The position numbers were made by a program, and so were the translations under genes. Of a DNA stretch of 63,022 nucleotides, positions 11,387 through 22,750 are shown one piece after another (position 1 is the first letter of the stretch; each line of letters starts with the position of its first letter). The stretch is from Perkinsus olseni (lineage: Eukaryota). The stretch is from the NCBI GenBank assembly GCA_013115125.1, contig JABANN010000140.1, positions 1 to 63,022 of the forward strand, written 5' to 3'. The notes below the pieces were generated by a model, which worked only from the letters and a program-made list of their open reading frames with translations, was not told where the DNA came from and ran no database searches.

Positions 11387-13479
11387 ATGCACTGCTCCCG
11401 CCTTCTCTCCTTCGTATCCACGATGACAGCCTTGCCGCTAGTGTCCGGCATACAAGTGAATGCAGCAATTGGTGCTAGGACAAGCCTGGCCGATAGAGTT
11501 ATTGAGACGAGCAGGAAGAAGTCGGAGGAACTCCTCAAGGAGGTGTGTCCTTGGCCGTGGCCAGGTCACTACGGCCAGCTACTACTTCCACTCAGGTCCA
11601 CGACCAAATAAGATCTCTGACGAGCGATCTCGATCAGAGCACGGCCGAGCAGAAGAAGGATCTGGAACTGCTCAAACAGAACGAAGACTACCAAGACAGG
11701 TGAAGGACAGCCCGGGCCTGGCATCCTCGTCGCATCCATCAACTTCAGGGCCCTCGAGAATACCGAGTCCAAGCTCAAGGACATTGCTGCCGAGAAGATC
11801 ACATTGCCAGGTGGAGGGTTGTGCTAGTCCGCCGGATCTTGAGCCCGACGACGGTGTTTTTTTTTCAGATGCACCCCCGATGAGCAGCTTCATGGAAGGC
11901 AAGAATGGCCAGGGTGATATCTTTGCGCCTCTCCGGAACGCTGCAGAGAAGGCCAAGGAATTTGCCCAGAAGATCTTCAATGGCACCGAGGCATCAGTCG
12001 AGGGTGAGAGCACCACCGAGGCTGTATCGAGGCACATGCTCAATTTTGCAGGCCCGGCCGGGGACAGCAGTCAGGCCGACGGAGGGAAGAACTCATCCTC
12101 ATCCTCTTTCCTGGAGGCCAAGGACATCGGCTACTTCCTCGGCAATGCTGGCTCTGCAGGGTCGGAGGATGCTGATACGGATGCCGCTGAGAGAGGCCTC
12201 AGCATGGCTCAGGACGGAGTAGGTCTAGAGGCGATCTGAAGGAAAGGCACCTCCTGTTTTGGCAGATCAGTAAGCTCGACGCTGACATCGCAGCTCAGAA
12301 GAAGATGTTGGCCACCGAAAGGGCTGAGCTCGAGAAGGAGAAGGAGGCCACCGCCAAGATAAACCTAGACGATGCTGACTCGGCAACCTCAGTGGCCTCC
12401 TCGCTGCCGGATACGCCAGATCAACTCGACAACACTGAAGACTACTCGAATGCCCTTCCTAGCCTCTCCTTCCTCGAGACTCACAACGGAGCAAGTACGG
12501 TCGCGGCCGCTTCCAGAGCTCGACTTAGCTCCTGGTTGCAGAGGTGATGCTGAATTCCGAAGGGCTCAGTTCGCGGAGACTCCAGTTGGTGGCTTCCCTT
12601 GTATGCAGGCTCAGGGCTAAGTTAAATAAAGCGAGATCAGCAGCCGGCCTCCCAGACCTGCCTACTGAGGAACCCAAGAAGGATATCACCAATGAGGAGA
12701 AGTCGGTAGCGAAAGGAGAGAAAGGAACTAAGAAGAGATCCAGCTCTGAGAAAGAAGAGTCGGGAAAGAGGAAAGGCTCATCCTTCCTAGAATGGGCCCC
12801 TGTTAACTTTGCGGTAAGTCACTTACTGCATGTCCGACGGTCGCCTGATTCTCTGCGCCACCATAGGGAACTGAAGATAGGCAGAAGGAAAAGAGGGAGG
12901 TGGAACGTTTGAAGGAGGAATTTGCCGAATCCATGCAGAAGGTTAAGGACCAGAGCGCCGCTCTCCTTGCCGAGTCCAAGGCTGATGTAAGGCCAGGGTC
13001 AGCCCGCTCACTCCCCCAAAGCTGCCCCTTCCTCAGCTCAAAGCGAACAGGAATTTCAAGTCGAAGCTGGAGACAGATGACGAGCCCTCTACTAGCAGCT
13101 TTGTCGAGACTAGTAGCTACGATCCCGAGAGGGAGGCCGCGGCCATCAAGGCGCTCGACAGAAGGTGGGAGGCGGAAGCGGAGAAGCTGCGGAATGTGAG
13201 GCGTCCAGTCGACAAGTGCTGCTATGTTATGATGAAGACAACCTCAGGCCCCGATCGACGGACCTGAGGAAGAAGAGCTGACGGCAATGCTGAAGACTCA
13301 AAGAGAGAAGGATGCCAAGGACGATGAGAAAATCAGAGAGTTGAAGGATGAGATGCATGAAGACCTGAAGAAGCTCCACAAGGTGAGCCTTAGGCCTAAT
13401 GGTCAAAGAACAACATACTCTGCTTTATGTACGTCCGGTTCAGGAGATTGCTCTGGCTACTGCCTCCACTGCCAACTAG
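11387..13479 (+). CDS. Putative secreted coiled-coil protein with repeated S-F-X-E motifs; paralog of the upstream gene
   Basis: Signal-peptide-like start MHCSRLLSFVSTMTALPLVSG-IQ. IETSRKKSEELLKE|VHDQIRSL aligns with FEVSRQKTDEILHK|VQQQMKSL of the upstream gene, at the same intron position. Motifs SSFME, SSFLE, LSFLE, SSFLE, SSFVE; ends EIALATASTAN*. Confidence 0.8.
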
Positions 13480-15459
13480 CTGCAGGACACATTCGTGAAT
13501 CTGAGCATATTGTGCGGATTCATATATATGAAAACAGTTGAGGCCGTACGTTTGGTGAAATGGCACACTCGACCCATGAAAGAGTGATCCAGGTGTAGAG
13601 TACATCGCGTAGTGTTAATCCCAGTACCGAATATCCATAGCGTGAACCAACCCGATAGGTGAATCCCGTTCTCAAGAGTACCAGTTGAAAGGGAGTTTCA
13701 GAAAGTGGAAGGACGCACTAATGATAGACTAGTCGAGTTACAAAACCGGACCCTCACGCTTTGTGTAGTTACAGTCCGTAACCTAAATCACGGGCGATGG
13801 AAATTCCAGTACCATTTCTAGTTCTACTTTTCAGTGGAGTCTCGAAATCCCAGCTTAGCATTTCAGGAAAATGAATGAAAATCCATGGATAAACTGTGAG
13901 GAACCCTCCACGATGAGGCTAGGGAAAGGGCAACCCAAAAGGCCCTGAAACGAAGAGGGCGACCAGAAACCCAGTGTGAGTGAGTTGCTGAATGCGTCCT
14001 TGGTAATCCTCCTCAATGATCTAGGAGTCCTGGACCAGGACCCATTGGATGAGGATTGTCCAAGTTGGACAGACCAACGTCGATTGTTGGAGATGTACTC
14101 GTGAAATGAAACCCATCAGTAGCAAAAGCATGTTTTCAGTGAAAACGTTTCACTTCGTCGCAACCCTCTGGAGATAAGTACATGCGCGTTCGCGGTTCAT
14201 ACTCCACCCCTGTTTTTTAGGATGTCGCACCGTGTTATGCGGTATTGTATCATTTTGCCTGTTATGCCCGAAGTTTATGCCCGAAAGTTCTTTCGAGTCG
14301 ATTCTCTGTGAAAACAAACAGTTCCTCATTCCATTCACCACCTGCTTCTCTACGGAATATTTCCAGCTGAAACGAATAAAGTTTATTCAATAAACCATTC
14401 CGCATTTGACAAAAATGTGAAATGTCGCGAAACACCTTGTGTCACAGAACTTGTGTGGTCTTCATGAAAAACGCCGTTCCTGGCGGAGGTTTCTAGCGGT
14501 GTGATCAAGTCATCGTCATGTGATCTTTCTGCGGTTCGCGTGGTCATCATCGTGATAACCTGGATTTCGTGATTCGCAGATGTATCTGAATTTAATGGAC
14601 CTTATTGAACTCAATCCCGGCGAAAAACTTCTCGTTAACAGAAAAGTTTTGGAAGTGTTCCCACGACAAGGGAGGGCAGTTTCCGTCCAAAACTTTTCGG
14701 ACACTATCAGCCGCGGGAATGGCCGGAGGCTCACGTCCTGAGCGGCTCCAAGCGCGAGATAATCTAATTAATCACTGCGATCAAGGCATCTTCGCCGTAG
14801 ATTAATAATCTCAGATTATCCAGGGATTCCCGAAATCCCGGAATCCGATTTCGAGGATCTCGAGAAGGGGACATCATAGCGAAGGGTATGGCAATCGTAC
14901 TAGTTGCGGAGCGAGCGGAGCATATTACGCTCGCTATTCCGAGCGTTATTCGGTAGCATATTTCCTCGGCATGTTTCGAGCTGCCAACCGTTGTCTACTC
15001 TCTTGTACTTTCCGGTGAAATACCGGTTCTTCGGTCAGTGAGTGTTGGACGAATGTATGTTCTCATATGACATATCCTCTGATAATGGCATAAGTAATGC
15101 GTAGTGCCGCATTACGCCGGGTCGTTGCCGTGACCAGCCTCAGTCGGCGTCCACAGTGGGACCAGGAGCCGATGAGCCCATGGTCCAGGCCCTGGACTTC
15201 AGAGACGTTCGGGAGTCGATCCGCATGCACGTGAGGCTGAGATCTATCTGCCTACTCACTATCACCCCATTCAATGACATTGAATCAATGTATCCGTACG
15301 CCTTATGATGGTTTCGCGGTCAACGTTTCGACCATCGCCGATGGTCCATCGGCACTTGCTGCTGTCCGTTGGTTGTGGATCTGTCCGCGGAGTGTGTAAC
15401 TTTGTCGATTACGTTCGATGATTCATCGCGCCGGGCGCGATGACGTGAAGCTAATACTT

Positions 15460-15760
15460 GTGTGGTGTGATATGACTAGTATGCAAGAGGCATGTAGGAA
15501 TGCGCCAGCCATTCACTTCTCTATGGATGGTACATTCAAGCGTTGTCCGGGTGAGTGGCATGAACAATACACCATTTCGTTCCGACATCAGTGCGGGCGG
15601 ATGGTGCCTTGCATCTTCTGCCTGTTGTCCCAACGCGATTGCGAAACGTACTAACGGCTGTTCGAAGCCATTCATCAAATTGTTGGTCCAGATGTCTATT
15701 CCTGTATCTTCGACAAGGAGAGAGCCGCGACCAAAGCGTTCGTTCAGCAGCTGAACGAAG
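15460..15760 (+). mobile_element. Degenerate MULE (Mutator-like) transposase fragment
   Basis: IHFSMDGTFKRCPGEWHEQYTI...MVPCIFCLLSQRDCETY*RLFEAIHQ...SCIFDKERAATKAF: the DGTF and DxE(x)A MULE core motifs with an in-frame stop at ~15652. Confidence 0.85.
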
Positions 15761-17518
15761 CTGAACTTCAGCTGCCGAGCGCCTCGACTGCTAACGAGGA
15801 CTTCATTATTCTTGGAAACCAGTCAGAAGAACTATGAATCGGAAATTCTTAGAAAAAGGAAAAGAAACTTAGTCTCTGCTCGCTCGCGTTGAAGATTTCG
15901 TTGCCCATGACGAGATCAAGTCAGAGGCGAAAGAAGTTCTGCTTTGGTGATGTTGCCTTCAGAAATCAATCGGTTTCGAGCTCTCCGCAAAGGAGCTGGT
16001 AATGCCGTCAGTTCGATCCAGTGGGTGCTAGCCCAGACAGCTCCTAATTCTGTGCATTGATGCCCATAACTTTACATGTGGGTTGCAAAGCACATGGGCC
16101 ATGTCACATGGCAGCCGATGTTTGGAGCACAATATCCCCCACGTTGATTTTTTTGAGTCGAAAGATTTCACTGGGAACCTGGTTCGGACAGTCCGGTTCG
16201 GATTGCTTCATCCATCGAGAAGGAGGATGCCAAGATTAAGGTGGTGATCAACCACCTTCTAACCAGGCGGGTGACAGCATGGTTCGTGCCCAAACAAGGC
16301 AACTCCCGGTGCCTGCACGTCAAGAAGGGCATGATGCCCTGGGCATCAAGCCAGCGCTGTGAGACACACGCACTACCCAAGAAAAGTTCGCGCCGCTGTG
16401 GTGTTGCCTTCGAACGTCTGGCCTCTCCGTCAGCTAAGTTGAATCAGCTAAGCTGAGCCAGCTTCAAGCCCTTCGCAACGAAGCGGGGAATGCCGTCGGT
16501 TCCATCCCAGGGGTGCAGGGAGCACCGTGCTCCCTCAGATAGCCCGCCATATTGGGCATTAACTTCACATGCTGTTCATTGGAAGACATATGCCGATGCT
16601 TGTGATACACTATTCCCCTGCGTTGAGTTCTAGTCAAACGGCGGTCAGATTCTGCAGTAGCGCAGTGTCACGCCTCTCTACTGAGTCAGTAGTCAATAAG
16701 GGGCAGCAATTTCGGTCCGAATTTCCCCGTGAGATCGCGAATGAAACATTCAAAGTGGGTTGATGCTCCACTCAAGTCGAGAAGAGCAAACTATATGGAA
16801 TCCATATTATGGATTATCTCAGGCTGAGAACCTAGAGTAAACTCGCCAATGACGAGTCGTCATGATTTATGTCATCGCGCTGCGTTATCAAGACATGCCG
16901 TGTCTGACACCGTGTCTTAGACACCTCGCCGAAGCTAGTAGCTTTAAGGCTTGAAGTTCAAGCTGCCACCGAGAAGTTTACCTCTGTGTTTTCTGTCGGT
17001 CGTGGGCTTCTGTCATACTTCTGTCGTAGGCCTTAGAGAGTTTGAACTGCACTAACAGCCAGTATGATACTGAGTATGCCGCATGAACCACTGTCTGTAC
17101 TTCTCGCCGCTTAACAGATCACGAGAGGCTCTCCGTTGAACGACGGTGCCAGCAGATGAAGTTCATCATGAAAGAACTTCGTTCATCTGCTGACACTCAA
17201 CGTCAGCCCATAGTCGTTAGTGAGATGGTAAATGAAATTGGCAGTTTCAAATTGCCTTCACTATGCCGCATAGTATGCGCACTGCGAAGAGAAACTTATG
17301 AGTCCCGAAAAAAAATTTCCTGTTGCCTCGGGAAATCGGGAAAAAATTGTGAGAGATTTCGCTCTGGAAAAAGTCGTCAAAAGTAGCTTATTCCTCATAC
17401 CTGCCAAGCAGGTATTTCGAATGACCCGTCCGACTCTCCGACAGAGCACAACATCCTTCATTATGATAAAAATCCCGAAACGAGGCATGGACGTAAGCTT
17501 AAACACCCAGATAGAGAC

Positions 17519-17899
17519 CTAATCATTGAGTGAGTCGAGGTCTCCAAAGCCGGACTCATCCGACTGGGCGTCGAGGAAGGCCTTCATGTTTCCCAAGGCT
17601 TTATCCTTGGCACGGCGCTTGGCACGAAGCACTGGCTGCTCATCAGCAGGAGGTTGTTGGACTGCCTCATCACCCTCAACCTCGTCGTTTCCCTCCACTG
17701 GAGACGGAAGAATCTTTCTCCGTGCAACTCTTCTCGGACAATACTTCTCTTGGTCATAAGCCAGTGAGAGACACGCTTTTAATGATGCATGATGCACGAT
17801 GATCGTGCTTTCTCCAACAGTAGACAGCTCCGGATTAGAGCCTAGAGCGCGGGAGCGTATACAACATAACCGTTCATGTCTCTCGACTGTCCGTTGCAC
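17519..17899 (-). pseudogene. Orphan ORF remnant, possibly the C-terminal tail of a retroelement pol
   Basis: Isolated 126-aa ORF in a repeat-like zone (TIIVHHASLKAC, then an acidic/basic tail); the family is not recognisable with confidence. Confidence 0.25.
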
Positions 17900-18093
17900 T
17901 CTGAACGCGGAACAGAGGTGGATTGAGAAGCACGGGCAATCTTAGTCGAAATTTTTTCGTGCAGATGCAATTAGAACACTTAATCAAAGATTGAGATACA
18001 CAATGCTATTAACAGCGATCAGTCATGGACATTTTACGAATTGCAAACGAACTCACGGGCAGCAACCAACCTCAATGAAGTCACCACGATGGA

Positions 18094-19058
18094 TTAAACA
18101 GAGACCAACGCAGTACGGGGCCTCAGTAGCAGCAGCTCATCCAGTCGGTGCCCGCGCTTGTTCAGACCCCTTGGCCAGATAGTATGCAGCTCCTGCATCC
18201 ACCAACGCTCACGAGCCCGCCGAATGCGAGCTTCCTCTAGGGGGCTCGTATATTGTTCTCCGTCGAAAAATAGACTTTCCAGAATAACCACGTCGAAGTT
18301 GTCTAAGCTCATATGCTTCTGCTTATCATCAGAGTCGAAGTTATCTGCAGTTCCACCGGTAGAAACTCTGGAGCACACTAGCCAGTGCTCACCTGTGCAA
18401 AGTGGGCAAACCTCAGCATCATTACGGTAGTGGATGCTCATCGGCCCGTTGCCCTTGATTTGAAGATGGGAACTCAGACGTTGCCGCAGCTCTCGGCCAG
18501 TCTCCCCAACGTACCTACAAGGCAGAGGCTTAGTGCTTGATATTGCCGTGAAGGGACCTCACAAGATGCCACAGCCTCGACATTGAAGTGCATATACGAG
18601 ATTCTTCGACCTGCAGCTGAGCTCGCCTTCCTCCATCCATCCGTGATTCAGCGTTCTCACAGCCGGACGAGTTTCTCGCAAGACCGCGCAAGTCCGACAG
18701 TGCGGGTTGTCACAGTGAGAGATCCGCACTGGCGGCGGCAACTGAGCGGAGAAGCCCCAAGTGAATCAAGGGCCGATACAACTCAGATGCCGAAGAGAGA
18801 CCAGCTTACCCATTTCTCGGTGAAGTCTTTATCCAGGATCAGGTGCCATGTAGCGGGATTCTCTCTCTGTACTAGACGTATGGTGTTATAGTTTACTTTG
18901 GTACAGCTGTGACATCGGTGCCGTAGGGGTATCAACGGCAGCCTTCGAACCACTACGGGAGCTGCCCGGCCGAGGTGCCACGATAAGGATGCCAACATGA
19001 AGGCACAAAACAGGACAAGGACAACACAACCTGCAATTCTCAATAACTTAGCTCCCAT
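18094..19058 (-). CDS. GIY-YIG endonuclease of Penelope-like type with N-terminal hydrophobic signal; two introns (18742-18809, 18515-18562); no RT
   Basis: Spliced product MGAKLLRIAGCVVLVLFCAFMLASL...WHLILDKDFTEKW|LPPPVRISHCDNPHCRTC...LSCRSKNLVYALQCRGCGIL|YVGETGRELRQRLSSH...RRARERWWMQELHTIWPRGLN; open after removing two GT-AG introns. Confidence 0.85.
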
Positions 19059-19336
19059 CGCCCGAACGGCGGCCACTGACCAGTTCAACCCAAGGCATGC
19101 TGCCAACGAGCATCACGGTTTTGGCATACAGTCAAAGAACAAAACGTCTAAGTGTATCAACATGTTATAGTGATCGAGGATTCGCTATTCTCTGGGCCCC
19201 CCACTCCTTAACAACGAGTTAAAGCGCAGCCACATTGTGGCTGCCACAAAGAGTAGTGCAAGATGAGAGCCCACCCGCGGTTCTCTGGGAAGGCTCAGCC
19301 TTAGCTAGCTACGGTCTGTTCATGGCGAGTTCGTCG

Positions 19337-22300
19337 TCAAAGCTCATCCCAATCGGAGTCGTCCGAGTCGTCGACTATACTGAATGACTCCTCGGTCAGC
19401 AGTGTGTCCGGGTCGATGCTGCTGCTGTCTACAACAACCGCATCGTCATCGGGGAGGTAGCGGGAGTGCAGTGAGGCCGTGTGAGCGAGATATTCAACAG
19501 GCATGAGCACTTGATGGAAGAGAGGATAGTAGATCTTGGCCAATATCCACTGGGAAGGGTTCGCCGTATTCATGCCGAGACCAGGCGCCCAGCGGGTAGG
19601 AGTCGGGAACGGCTGAGACGTCACTTCCTCGGCCTGTGCGGGGATCTGAGGCACATGCCTTTCTCGCAATTCGGCCACTATGACGGAGGACGCCACGCGA
19701 GCTCACCCAGGATGGATTCTGGAAGGACTCCCTGCAAGGAGGGGTCGGCTGCTGTCGCCGATCTCCCGTGTACTGAATCTCAATCCATGATGATAGGGGG
19801 CCCGACAAACGCCTCCGACGGGTTTTGGGCGGCTCAGGAACGTCCATGGTATCTGCTGCTGGAGGGTCTAGGGCTCGAAAGCCGAGGACTGATGCCAGCC
19901 TTAAGGGGAGCTGTGGCATGTACAGAGGAGGCAGCGCTAACAACAACAAATTAAGTTTCCTATAGGCCGAAGCAAGCTGGCCACCACCGCCGAACTCAAG
20001 TCGGAGGCCATTCAAGGACCAACATCATTATCACCATCACTGCTGTTGCTGCATGTATGAGACTTCGAAGCAATACTACCCATGGAGAGGCCCGACTGGT
20101 GACTGCCGAGGAGAGCTGGCCTAGAGGCAAGTGAAAGCGATGAGCCCTACCTGGAGTCGTCCTCATCTTCCTCGGACCGCTTAAGGAGGCCCATCAAATC
20201 CTCCCTTCCGATGTCCTCGTCACCCTTGGTCAAATGGCGGGCAGCGAAGTTTCCCATCCTCATGGCGCAGTCACGGTAGCGCTGCAGCGCCTATTGCAAG
20301 AGAGGGCGGTTCATCCCAGAGTACGGCGACGGGCGAGAGATTTCGAGGGCTCACCCGGGGCATTGGGGCGAGGTCCTCCTTGGGCCACAGCTTGGATATC
20401 CCCGTCACCTGCGTTGTTATGCTTTGTCGCTTCGTCAACCATTCTGAGGATTGCGGTCGCCTGGGGACTTGTAGTTTTGCACGCATGCACATCACTCGCA
20501 CAACCCACTCGGTGACATTCTCTTCGGCTGAGAGTTTCTTCAGCAGCTGCTCTTCCCTCCGATCTCGCTCTTCTTGAACCTGAAAGGAGGAGTGCCCTCG
20601 TTCAATGCCGGCCAGAGAATGCCTGGAGTCATTCGGCGGCCGAGAGTGCGCGACGATGACGACCTGATAGTTCCATCGCGCCGCCACGGAACCAAGCTCA
20701 GTCTCTCTGGACTGTAGCCATTTATCGACCTCCTCGGGGCTCCCAATGACGTCCCAGTCATTCTCTGCCTTGGCCGCTGACCGAGACGTACGCTAGCGAT
20801 GAGAATGCCGGCTCGGTCCCACCTCGGTCCTCAGACTCCATTGGATCCGTTGGCCCGTTGCACACAGGAGGAGGTAGCTGACTCGGATCATTATTAATGG
20901 CGAGAGGTGAAGGAACTCACCTCCTCATCGTCAGAGGGGGAGAGCATGAGGCCCTCCACCTGCAGCTGAGATGCACCGACCAGCCACAGCCTATCAGTGA
21001 GGGCGTCAAATTCAAAGTCAAAGATACCAGCTAGAATGGTCCAGCGAGTGCTGAGCAGTCCCGCGATCCTTCCGACGGCATCCCGCACCAGAACTGAGCA
21101 GAGGGAGTGGATGGTGTGGTACTCGCCGCGAGGGAATGGGGTAGTATGCTGTCACTTTCGAGTGCCTGCGACTGCTGCTCGCCCATCGCCATAACAGCCT
21201 CGGCTCCTGGCTTGAAATAGCGATACGAGATGGGAGTAGTCCGCTGAACTCCGGGTATCTGTGAGGGCAATTGCGGTTTCATACGGCGTCGTAGTGAACA
21301 GGGGTCAGGCGCCACGCTCGACACACCCACCGAGAGATTCTCATCGCGGAAGGGCCTTGTGGATAGGTAGGCTACATTGAGCCACGCACTTCGGCTCGTC
21401 TGCCGCAGTAGTATCATCGACCGGAGCTGCAGCCACAGGCAATCAGACAATCTCCATACCCTACAGTGTACTCGCCTCGGCGGCAGAGACAGAACGCACA
21501 GCGCCATCGACGTAGCGGATGATGAACACAGCATCGCAGTCCTTGAACAGCAGCTCATGTCGCCTCTCCTGGCCGAGGCCTATGTACAGAGAATGCAGCA
21601 CACGTACAATGCCCTCTCTACTGGAGTACATGCCACATAGCATCGTATGGTCGCCGCCGCTGTTTCCCCCATCTCACCTTCCTCCTCCGGTGTTGCAGAC
21701 TTCATGTAGGGCTGTGAAGACTTCGCCAAGTGAGACTCCCTATGAGCATACCGTTTGCGCTCCAAGTTGTACAGTTTCTTCAGGAGCACCCCTGAAAGGA
21801 GGCAACCAATTGCAGATGGTGAAAAAATACGTGAAATTTGGTACGGGAACTGCCCTAGCCTTACCAGTGCGCATGTCGGATCCGCCGTCCGGCCTCTTGG
21901 CCGTCATCGTGAGGATCGACGCTGACTCTCCTCCCATGGCGAACATCCGGAAGGCGACCCCTTTCTGGAAGAAGATGACCTCTGGGACGCTGACTGGGCA
22001 TCTTCGAGAACCAACAGCAGCATGAAGAGTGCGGGAGGTAAGGCAGCTCACTTCTGTCCTGGTCGGGCTGCTAGTTGTGCAAGCAGCCACAGGTACCCAC
22101 GACGACCGGGTTCTCCAGGCGGCGAGGGCTCCCGGCTCTCAGTGGTGAAGCCACTGGATATCGGGTCCTCGAGACCGAATTCGAGAGAGAGCCTCAGAAC
22201 GGGGCAGGCGCCAGCGACATTAGAGTGTCGACTAGCGCTAGACTGATGACAAGAAGGACAACCACAAGGACCACCTGAGAGAGACTTCTCCCGAGACAAC

Positions 22301-22654
22301 CAGCCCTCGCAGGAACCAAAGGACGAGTCAATCGGGGCCTCATGTTGTTGTCGCCGGTGGTATCAGCTCAGTGCTACCTTGGACGAGGGTGGCACTGGTA
22401 TTAGGGTCCCCCAACTGAGCCGGACGATATCTTCTTGCAAGCGAACGAGGCGTGTCTGATATTGTGAGATACTCCCCGCCCCTCAGGGACCCAACCTGGA
22501 GGGAGTCCAATCATTAGCGGATCACCTTGCCGTAGGGTACCTCGTGGTCCGCAGAAGATACTGAGGGTCGCGCCGATGCCCGGGCACCTTGGGGCTGTGG
22601 CTGGCCCGTCATATAGCGGGTCAACTGAGAACTCATCTTCAAGTGGAGGGCCAT
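19337..22654 (-). CDS. Hypothetical multi-exon protein (possibly more than one gene)
   Basis: Chain of exon-like segments linked by GT-AG introns, from MALHLKMSSQ to ...DDSDDSDWDEL*; no family motif recognised. Confidence 0.5.
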
Positions 22655-22750
22655 GAACTCAACGCCCGGTAGCTCTCGAGTAGAACTATCCCACCATCAA
22701 CATGCCGTGAGAGAACAGGAACGATAAAGTTGAAAAACTAAAATTTGAAA

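Noticed and set aside
13779-13788. AACCTAAA as a telomerase RNA template (also CTAACCCT at ~33420)
   Set aside because: Only 8 nt, telomere repeat of this organism not known to me; the first sits in a small hairpin loop and the second abuts a start codon.
13905-13960. GATGAG...GAAAC hammerhead-ribozyme-like pattern
   Set aside because: Core reads ACGATGA rather than CTGANGA, and stem II and the cleavage triplet do not fit.
14261-14288. Direct repeat TTATGCCCGAAG x2
   Set aside because: Two copies only, no spacer array; not CRISPR.
14730-16830. Possible terminal inverted repeats around the MULE fragment (GAGATAATC / GATTATCTC)
   Set aside because: About 9 bp of match only, and no target-site duplication seen.
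19290-19316. Minus-strand ACCGTAGC...GGCTGAG resembling a relic spliced leader
   Set aside because: Only 8 contiguous matches; the rest diverges too much to support.
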